NCBI GenBank assembly: GCA_964057225.1
Contig: OZ059897.1
Span: 9,300,001-9,364,000, forward strand
Length of the DNA stretch: 64,000 bases
Direction: 5' to 3'
Source of the DNA: Auanema rhodensis
Taxonomy: Eukaryota; Animalia; Nematoda
The notes beneath the pieces are model-generated. The model did no database searches. It saw only the letters and a program-made list of their open reading frames with translations, and was not told the DNA's origin. Position 1 is the first letter of the stretch, and every line of letters begins with the position of its first letter. Made by a program: the position numbers and the translations under genes. Shown here piece by piece: positions 39,201 to 46,500 of the stretch.

Positions 39201-41113
39201 TGTGATGCATTATGGCTTCTTTGATACCCATTTTGATTTTGATTCTGATAATTTCGACCGCGGTCACCAAAATTGCGGTTCCTAGCAAATGGGTTTTGGA
39301 AATTCCAGCCTTTTTGATTTTTTGAAAATTTATGATAATTTTGATTGTTTTGAAAGTTTGGATGATAATTGTTATAATTATTATAATTTTGATAATTTTT
39401 ATTATTAAAAGATTGATAACCTCTTGCCATACCTCTCCCACCATTGTTTCTGCGCGGGGGGAAAGTTCTTTCAATTGCGTTAACCAATAGCGCCTGAGGG
39501 TCTGCTACTTGGTTTGCAATTGATTCCTCCCAGCGAGCACTATCAACAGCCTCAGCAAAAGTTTTGGGTTTTGCTCGAATTACCCCTGGGCGTATCGTAT
39601 TTTTCAAGCCTCTCAAAAATGTGGACCTCAGAATGTGATCTTTATGAGTATCACTATTAGAGAAAGCATTTAAGCTGAGGTTTCTTAACGTTTGTGCAAA
39701 ACCATCAATTGATAAATCGCCTTGAGTGCTGTTTTGAAGTGTGATAAGGGCAGGGTCTTGATTGTATTCGGGACACAGCTTGGATGTTAACTCTTCTATT
39801 AGGGTAACCCAAGGTCCAGCTGTTCTGACCTTGTCAGGTAGCTCTAAATAAGCTTCCTCTGCTCTATCATTTTTCAATAGTAATGGTAAAATAGTTAGTC
39901 TTTCGGGCATCACTAAGCCTAAGGCGTTAGAAAAGGTATTAAACTTTGCCACGAAATCTCTAAAGTTACGACTTCCGTCGTATATGGGGCAATAAGGTGA
40001 GCTTAATGCGTGCGCAATGGTAGATTTACCAGCTCCCGGAAGACGTGGTGTCTCCGTCATGGTTGGTATATCCTCAGGGTATGTGCGAGATGACGTAATC
40101 CCTTTACTGCCTGAGCTTCTCGCCGTTAAGTTCTTACCTCCCTTTTTCGAGTTACCAGATGTTGGATAACTAATGGTAGGGGCGGCTGAGGAGAACCGCT
40201 TCCCTGGGAGTTTGATAACTCGACTCGTTGCCTGAGGCGTCGAATGTATTGAAACGCTTGAGCTGGGTATAGCGCTATCTGACTTATTAAGGGCTGGGTT
40301 GGAGGATACGTGAAGAGAGTTATCAACTTGTTCTGTTGTTACCTCCCCTGGAGACAAATTCAAAACTTTTATTAAGCGAGCTGTTAAAGATTTCTTACTT
40401 TTGAACTTATCAGTAGTTAGTGATAAGGGCAAAACTTCGGTAATTTCCTGATTTGGTTCTACGGGATTATTAGAGGTTGAGCGCCTACGCGGTGTATTAG
40501 TTTTTCTTTTATTAATCTTTTTAGAATCAAGCTTTTTCGAATCAAGCTTATCAGTGATAACTGATAAGGGTGATTTGCGAATAGTGAGAGATGAGGTTTT
40601 ATTAAGTTGTGAGTTTTCTATCGGAGTGGAAAATGCCTGCGGTGTTAGAGTTAGTTCAAAAGAAGATGCAAGATCGTTATCAGTATTAACTGATAAAGTT
40701 GATAAGTTTAGGTGGGGGGTGGCTGGTGAAGTATTAGAGGTTATTTGTTTTGGTTTTTGAATTTTTTGAATCTTTTTATTACTTTTAAAAGAGTGTACCT
40801 TTGGAGTTGAAGCTGAAGTTTGAATATTGTAGTCCTGAATATAGAAATCAGGGTCCTCTTCGGTGTTGTCCGGAGGTGAATACGTGCCTTCTCGAGGAAT
40901 GAAGGTTTTCTCGACTTTGGGTTTTACCTCTTGTTCAGGCTCTTCAATCTGAACACTGAGGAGTCGAGTGCGGCTTCTGGTTCGACTGGCGACTGCGATG
41001 TCGTCACTGGACTCAGAAGGGTATAGAGCAGGGACGGCCGAAGAGTATCTTCGTGCCACTTTGGAATCACTCTTGGTTTGGAAAAACCGCGAGTGTTTCG
41101 TTATATGGGGGAT
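33260..41113 (-). CDS. Element 1 single-frame Gag-Env(gB-like)-PR-RT-RH-IN polyprotein, truncated in IN by a frameshift
   Basis: Capsid motif TFLRGLK...PKTFAEAVDSARWEE; signal peptide ~39029-39100; gB-like CEIQNRYLELW (~36970); TM ~36227-36304; protease LWDSGS (35969-35977); RT YLDD (34646-34657); RNase H; IN HHCC and HMDVMGP. Start placed at the conserved ATC by inference (ORF track uses GTG 41059; first ATG is 40060). Confidence 0.92.
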   Translation of the reverse strand: MPHITKHSRFFQTKSDSKVARRYSSAVPALYPSESSDDIAVASRTRSRTRLLSVQIEEPEQEVKPKVEKTFIPREGTYSPPDNTEEDPDFYIQDYNIQTSASTPKVHSFKSNKKIQKIQKPKQITSNTSPATPHLNLSTLSVNTDNDLASSFELTLTPQAFSTPIENSQLNKTSSLTIRKSPLSVITDKLDSKKLDSKKINKRKTNTPRRRSTSNNPVEPNQEITEVLPLSLTTDKFKSKKSLTARLIKVLNLSPGEVTTEQVDNSLHVSSNPALNKSDSAIPSSSVSIHSTPQATSRVIKLPGKRFSSAAPTISYPTSGNSKKGGKNLTARSSGSKGITSSRTYPEDIPTMTETPRLPGAGKSTIAHALSSPYCPIYDGSRNFRDFVAKFNTFSNALGLVMPERLTILPLLLKNDRAEEAYLELPDKVRTAGPWVTLIEELTSKLCPEYNQDPALITLQNSTQGDLSIDGFAQTLRNLSLNAFSNSDTHKDHILRSTFLRGLKNTIRPGVIRAKPKTFAEAVDSARWEESIANQVADPQALLVNAIERTFPPRRNNGGRGMARGYQSFNNKNYQNYNNYNNYHPNFQNNQNYHKFSKNQKGWNFQNPFARNRNFGDRGRNYQNQNQNGYQRSHNASQNQEMSNNRQRNNSTFRGNNNNRGRGRGSRVNNLTLISPLTLAVALSVILSLVTTAEAYQLCTKATGGALLRPPSLRKCLLPPIKHILRTKVHLYTRNQTAHEWDAWRCSKEIHKMCIRDLLFLRDTNTTIARIEKIPAAECRLAVRDRRWNWSELKKIDSITYATDEPSFSPGRSFNNELCEEKARLVIEKGVMTRMPDETIISNLILNTEGCLAHHGECASDTSIIIWEKQPYEYRCNYIDMSEYDVIIGDGIILLPTTQSALVIDQKEIPKQISSCFKQPIFHTTTGNYILLPQYPNDTNIHVLIEREYKKLPAKRDKRAIAECTVELNKEWIQKQEDFETLILNICPYPFLRPVMSNPGIYQIIPLIKARRAVNPSYSIIDWVSAHPEKFYFFLRSPVSDKSIQRFLQTYEIHDPEEAILYFLAQKELAATTRGAIRYLTSKQLLEQIGDRLTAHEFDEKLLEKDGSYRERAESIAMELAYTPVIFENNLSVPSRQEVLKSFVNMPPIRPTLTTDNADERIVLRNTLYLYHNLMTLRVIRPNKTAAAVDDEKFRQLTINVPDTNKLYRDKDSNYGISMGPHPRIQTPSADTRQLLIKTFLPLLEDIETPPYLTRRLSLTTTTDKPASLVQETTISYTTRIPTTTIVDTITAVITTTLSPTTLATVTDTASRTLRKQRTSSPPVETRKIQAQATYTASKVNNEIQFNLNVSRRIAQDHLQYTTTLIQEELQKHFMESYESICEIQNRYLELWRSILHIEPTIAMRTILGREDIAARFVGSDIVHVHICLPLQPKAVYHNHKINDTCYLETPVITEDERLYFAAPGSRDLLTHGKEIDCEHVPTDVNYQNGEWININGSVEVKPISLFDKAQYHQLTPLKFTGANLYTNLSLRVYSMSTAIAYGASLASIRQNHVLHTIHNDPKITSAFNLLKKGSDYISKAAEFTTSAWTSVKQFLIGSIERTLIFIGSIVTIAAVLIIFFVVAKFWFFRATPLTVMHVHEIDNEPPGYEETLELVSRPDQQMPDNIMKQSYPALVTFIPIAIPFVASIASAETKLPLIYISVEDKLILALWDSGSSVSYVRLSTLKYLNMAENVKKRHLVAMAANKSTFTFYGKINLVIEIAGYEIEHTFLVSNDHDCPAPALIGLDFMKALDSENIDVSLKPSKKRLEIGNNAIPLIGNESIKHTEITVNIINLRTKTLKPDEEAPIPIKTDKPLESNEVVVLGDSGSALKSLYPTAFRDTSGVYVMFRNDTDETIAMEANSVIGQAIIGEIPACEPFKHKPILPYVPPEADWESKLPYFPRDFIKDLDLENADLTKEEKHELTKIIESYREAFLNEDRKIGLFKGPIEHTIPLRTDMDMPKPRITRIPLGKQEEIEKQVKEMLEQGIIEPSTSLFNSPVVLVKKKDDTYRFVTDFRALNNVTRKQTYVIPSISDIVDLAAGAQFFSNFDLVSGFFQISLRKSDRPLTAFTTTSGTYQYKRMPMGLCGAPHTFQTAVRYLQSKCSCKLFVYLDDLLVISDTREQHLKDIDDLLQAVEELGMKIKLKKCAFAQPEVKFLGLIVGRQGIKPDPQKVAAIQDYPAPKNATGVRAFLGMVGFFRKFMKDFARIASPLYDLTKADTEFKWENKHKEALDLLKRSLIQAPVLSPPKSDRLFIVESDGSNIAIGAVLLQPEDPKQPLKNLHPIAFASRKLVKAERNYAPIEIEALGLVYALNQFRTYILGTHTICITDHRPLTSLMTRRDLFGRLAKFQLVIQEYDIEIKYRAGQLNKVCDALSRYIGEEANDAKPETKKKKIEEIHINAINTPTIKEIQLNTPWIKRTIAEIEYRAQKNMTANDRYCVINDLLYTKPTDKKPQPAIVIPQEHPIIEEIIKVFHEDPTIAAHQGIIKTKEAILRRFYWTNMQNDITIFIKNCIKCAQRKKDPHSMTVQPIGHFEIPSKPFERVHMDVMGPFPPSKRNCTYVITMQAPSLDHR

Positions 41114-41479
41114 GTTGACGTTGAATGAGTGACAAGAAATTCAGGTCGGTTATAGGGAAAAGTAAGAAAAGTTTGAAGATTGAGACGTGGCGTCTTTCGC
41201 CGAGAGTCGTTATTAGATGAGAAAGAGTTTTAAAATCTTGGCCTGAGATCTGGCTCCGCCTATCTACCGTATTCTCTTTTCTTTATTCTTTTTCACAGAT
41301 GTTCATCAATTATAAATTTTGTTGGTCTTCGCTCTTTCCAGCCTCAATCTTAATACTTTACTCTAATTAAATTTTTGAAAGTATGAGAGAGATTTTCAGT
41401 CGTTTTATGTCCCCTTTTTATGCATAAGATTCTTTATATTTGTAGAGCTGAAGAAGGAAAAAAAAAAAAAAATCAAAGA

Positions 41480-42019
41480 ATGGCTTATGAAGGTCTATCG
41501 GGAATGACTTTTGTCTTGAGAAAGCTGTACGCTGACCTCGTCTTGTATGATCAAGACGAAGTGTTAGCTTATAGGCCTCACCCAGACATGATTAAGATGG
41601 TTGGTTAAAACAAAGAAACATGTTATATTAATAATAAAAAAAAATTTTAGTTTATCGAGGATTTAAAAATGCATTATCTGGGGAGGGGATTAGTGAATTT
41701 CTCCCTAATGCAAGAAATAGCGGATGAGGTTGCAGCTATTGGGCGATGGTGCCTCACCGATTTGTGCGCGCATTGGTATGAAAACCCCAATTTAATCGCA
41801 TCCCCTTGGAATTGGTATGAGCATAAGCCTCATGATTTTTATGATTATATGTCTAAAATTTTGTTTAAAATTTATTTGTTTTATGAACAGTCTCCTATGG
41901 GCTTATTGCTAAGGACCTCTGCGGATTCAGAGTATTCGCAGTATTTAGAGCCTAGCAATGAGCCCATCTCACAGCCTATAGAATTTGTGAGACAGTTGCA
42001 TTTTAAATGGGGCTTTTAA
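41480..42019 (+). CDS. Putative spliced antisense accessory gene inside element 1 leader, join(41480..41599,41651..42019), 162 aa
   Basis: Two ORFs are joined exactly in frame by a 51-nt phase-0 intron GTTGGT...TTTTAG; AATAAA at 42036-42041 follows the stop. Confidence 0.65.
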
Positions 42020-42996
42020 CAATTGTTTTATATATAATAAATACTTAATTTCACTCATTTGTTCTCTCTCTCTCTTTTTTTTTTTCATAACACAAACTTT
42101 GGTCGAGCTTATTAATAAAGAAGGAGTGCGTGCGCCTTGGGAAAATGGCTCATGTGCACGTTGATTATTAAAAGCCGTGGGCGATTCTTTTCCGGAATGA
42201 TTTTGGCATGCTAATGAGATTCCGAGAATATTTAAAAAGATTGCTCATTTTACTAATGGACTGAGACCAAAGCTCGTTTATAAAACGCAATTTTTTTCTT
42301 TAAACCATTTTACTAATTTATAGAATATTACAATATGAAGACTACGGTAGGTGTGTGGGAATATCTTATGATGTTAGCAACAAAAATGAGCTGAGGAAGG
42401 TTACACATTCTACGGAGAAGAAAACATCCGTAGCCCATGTGCTTTCGCCAAAATGACCTGACAGGCAATAAAATTTGTGCCAGGATTTTTCGGACTAGTG
42501 TGGTCTATTCTCACAATCAAAAAAAATAAAATAAAATAAAAAACCGAATAACGGCTCCCGCAAAAATATTTAGTTAGCATGCTCTTTTACGCCTGAATTT
42601 AACTTTCAAATCTCTAGTCCTGACCACAATAAAATATTAAACTTTGTGCGCTTTCAAAATTTCATTCTAACTCCTCGTTGCCAAATAATAATGAAATCAA
42701 AATTTCGTTTGGTGAAATTGTCCCCTATTTCGATCCAAACGTCCTCAAAAAAAATGCAAGAGAAGCGGTGCAGGATACGATATTATAAGGGTGGACACTC
42801 AGACGGTTTTATGAGTGGGGACAGCGGGTAAAATTTCAAAATTATATAGTCCTAGCTCTCTAAAAGAGAGATCCCTTGTACCTGCACCTTATACAAGTTG
42901 GCGCCCTCATTATGTTGCTAACCGTGGAGGAAGTTTTAATTTAGATATCAAAATAAGGACTTTTTATGCGAGTTTTTGCGACAAAAATGAGTTCGA

Positions 42997-43009
42997 GGTG
43001 GAACCTCCA
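42997..43009 (-). promoter_or_regulatory. Element 1 primer-binding site (tRNA-Gln)
   Basis: Sense TGGAGGTTCCACC immediately after the 5' LTR, complementary to the tRNA-Gln 3' end ...GGTGGAACCT-CCA (recalled sequence). Confidence 0.88.
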
Positions 43010-43375
43010 CGTTCCATTATGCTCCTACGTATATTGAACAGACCATTGTAGTCTGCTCAACTACGCGTATAGTATTCCATAAGTGTAGCGGTATGGAAAC
43101 AGAGCATAAGGATTACATAAGATAAGGAAATATATAGGTTTATTATACACAATACAATATCATTACAATACAATAACACAAGGATAAAGTAAACTACACT
43201 TACAAGACAAAGACTAATATATAAGATTAACTAAGTTAGATGCAAACCGTCCATGGGCTTGCAAAGGGGCGAACTCCCGAATAGGGGCATGAGGGAAGGC
43301 GGTGCCATTCCACATTCCTCTAGTCGGTCTGGCTCTAACCCTGCAGTTACATATATAGAGTCTCCGAATGGAACG
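43010..43375 (-). repeat. Element 1 5' LTR (366 bp)
   Basis: Direct repeat of 31391-31756, directly abutting the PBS. Confidence 0.97.
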
Positions 43376-45216
43376 ATAGAATTCTGTAGATGTAACATTG
43401 TTTCAGTTCTTAGAACTCTGTTTAAGTGTTTTCAAACTTTGTATAGATAACAAGAAAAATAAAATGATAGAGATAGAACACTTCTAAGATCTTGATCTAA
43501 AATTTTTCTGACGGACGGAGCCATTAGAACCAAAGATTACAAGAATTATTCTGATTTCACCTGCATAAAGATCCAGTAGAAAATTACGTTATGCTCTGAA
43601 CATCTAAATGATTCAATACAATATTAGAAATCACAGCCCGGTTAGCTCAGTCGGTAGAGCACCAGACTCTTAATCTGGCTGTCGCGGGTTCGAGCCCCGC
43701 ATCGGGCTTCAAGTTTTACCTTTTATTTGAAATTTGAAAGTTTATTTTGAAAATTCATTTCTAACCTCTTTCTGATCAGATAGAATTCTGTAGATGTAAC
43801 ATTGTTTCAGTTCTTAGAACTCTGTTTAAGTGTTTTCAAACTTTGTATAGATAACAAGAAAAATAAAATGATAGAGATAGAACACTTCTAAGATCTTGAT
43901 CTAAGGTTTTTCTGACGGACTGAGCCATTAGAACCAAAGATTACAAGAAGAAAATTACCTTTGCTCCGAGCATCTAAATGCTTCAATACAATATTAGAAA
44001 TCACAGCCCGGTTAGCTCAGTCGGTAGAGCACCAGACTCTTAATCTGGCTGTCGCGGGTTCGAGCCCCGCATCGGGCTTCAAGTTTTACCTTTTATTTGA
44101 AATTTGAAAGTTTATTTTGAAAATTCATTTCTAACCTCTTTCTGATCAGATAGAATTCTGTAGATGTAACATTGTTTCAGTTCTTAGAACTCTGTTTAAG
44201 TGTTTTCAAACTTTGTATAGATAACAAGAAAAATAAAATGATAGAGATAGAACACTTCTAAGATCTTGATCTAAGGTTTTTCTGACGGACTGAGCCATTA
44301 GAACCAAAGATTACAAGAATTATTCTGATTTCACCTGCATAAAGATCCAGTAGAAAATTACATTATGCTCTGAACATCTAAATGATTCAATACAATATTA
44401 GAAATCACAGCCCGGTTAGCTCAGTCGGTAGAGCACCAGACTCTTAATCTGGCTGTCGCGGGTTCGAGCCCCGCATCGGGCTTCAAGTTTTACCTTTTAT
44501 TTGAAATTATAACGTTTATTTTGAAAATTCATTTCTAACCTCTTTCTGATCAGATAGAATTCTGTAGATGTAACATTGTTTCAGTTCTTAGAACTCTGTT
44601 TAAGTGTTTTCAAACTTTGTATAGATAACAAGAAAAATAAAATGATAGAGATAGAACACTTCTAAGATCTTGATCTAAGGTTTTTCTGACGGACTGATCC
44701 ATTAGAACCAAAGATTACAAGAATTATTCTGATTTCACCTGCATAAAGATCCAGTAAAAAATTACCTTTGCTCCGAGCATCTAAATGCTTCAATACAATA
44801 TTAGAAATCACAGCCCGGTTAGCTCAGTCGGTAGAGCACCAGACTCTTAATCTGGCTGTCGCGGGTTCGAGCCCCGCATCGGGCTTCAAGTTTTACCTTT
44901 TATTTGAAATTTGAAAGTTTATTTTGAAAATTCATTTCTAACCTCTTTCTGATCAGATAGAATTCTGTAGATGTAACATTGTTTCAGTTCTTAGAACTCT
45001 GTTTAAGTGTTTTCAAACTTTGTATAGATAACAAGAAAAATAAAATGATAGAGATAGAACACTTCTAAGATCTTGATCTAAAATTTTTCTGACGGACGGA
45101 GCCATTAGAACCAAAGATTACAAGAATTATTCTGATTTCACCTGCATAAAGATCCAGTAGAAAATTACGTTATGCTCTGAACATCTAAATGATTCAATAC
45201 AATATTAGAAATCACA

Positions 45217-45288
45217 GCCCGGTTAGCTCAGTCGGTAGAGCACAGACTCTTAATCTGGCTGTCGCGGGTTCGAGCCCCGCATCGGGCT
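45217..45288 (+). pseudogene. tRNA-Lys copy with a 1-nt deletion in the anticodon stem
   Basis: gagcacagactc vs gagcaccagactc; the same lesion recurs in the copy at 50466. Confidence 0.55.
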
Positions 45289-46427
45289 TCAAGTTTTACC
45301 TCTTATTTGAAATTTGAAAGTTTATTTTGAAAATTCATTTCTAACCTCTTTCTGATCAGATAGAATTCTGTAGATGTAACATTGTTTCAGTTCTTAGAAC
45401 TCTGTTTAAGTGTTTTCAAACTTTGTATAGATAACAAGAAAAATAAAATGATAGAGATAGAACACTTCTAAGATCTTGATCTAAGGTTTTTCTGACGGAC
45501 TGAGCCATTAGAACCAAAGATTACAAGAATTATTCTGATTTCACCTGCATAAAGATCCAGTAGAAAATTACGTTATGCTCTGAACATCTAAATGATTCAA
45601 TACAATATTAGAAATCACAGCCCGGTTAGCTCAGTCGGTAGAGCACCAGACTCTTAATCTGGCTGTCGCGGGTTCGAGCCCCGCATCGGGCTTCAAGTTT
45701 TACCTTTTATTTGAAATTATAACGTTTATTTTGAAAATTCATTTCTAACCTCTTTCTGATCAGATAGAATTCTGTAGATGTAACATTGTTTCAGTTCTTA
45801 GAACTTTGTTTAAGTGTTTTCAAACTTTGTATAGATAACAAGAAAAATAAAATGATAGAGATAGAACACTTCTAAGATCTTGATCTAAGGTTTTTCTGAC
45901 GGACTGATCCATTAGAACCAAAGATTACAAGAATTATTCTGATTTCACCTGCATAAAGATCCAGTAGAAAATTACGTTATGCTCCGAGCATCTAAATGCT
46001 TCAATACAATATTAGAAATCACAGCCCGGTTAGCTCAGTCGGTAGAGCACCAGACTCTTAATCTGGCTGTCGCGGGTTCGAGCCCCGCATCGGGCTTCAA
46101 GTTTTACCTTTTATTTGAAATTTGAAAGTTTATTTTGAAAATTCATTTCTAACCTCTTTCTGATCAGATAGAATTCTGTAGATGTAACATTGTTTCAGTT
46201 CTTAGAACTCTGTTTAAGTGTTTTCAAACTTTGTATAGATAACAAGAAAAATAAAATGATAGAGATAGAACACTTCTAAGATCTTGATCTAAGGTTTTTC
46301 TGACGGACTGAGCCATTAGAACCAAAGATTACAAGAATTATTCTGATTTCACCTGCATAAATATCCAGTAGAAAATTACGTTATGCTCCGAGCATCTAAA
46401 TGATTCAATACAATATTAGAAATCACA

Positions 46428-46500
46428 GCCCGGTTAGCTCAGTCGGTAGAGCACCAGACTCTTAATCTGGCTGTCGCGGGTTAGAGCCCCGCATCGGGCT
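46428..46500 (+). pseudogene. tRNA-Lys copy with B-box mutation C56A
   Basis: GGTTAGAGCC (position 46483). Confidence 0.6.

Larger units (their letters stand above)
31391..43375 (-). mobile_element. Element 1: env-bearing Ty3/Gypsy (Metaviridae-like) LTR retroelement, 11985 bp, integrase-defective copy
   Basis: Paired 366-bp LTRs; 4-bp TSD ATAG (31387-31390 and 43376-43379) within the spacer sequence gatcagATAGaattctg; PBS and PPT; PR-RT-RH-IN order. Confidence 0.97.

Noticed and set aside
42390-42430. CTGAGGA...GAAA as a hammerhead ribozyme core
   Set aside because: Element 2 lacks the conserved C (tatgagga), and I could not build stems I-III.
42997-43009. Idea that the elements sit in the array of their own primer tRNA
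   Set aside because: The PBS matches tRNA-Gln (…GGTGGAACCTCCA), not the tRNA-Lys end (…ATCGGGCTCCA).
43375-43379. 5-bp TSD GATAG for element 1
   Set aside because: The G belongs to the LTR end (the internal LTR copy also ends GGAACG), and element 2 allows only a 4-bp TSD.
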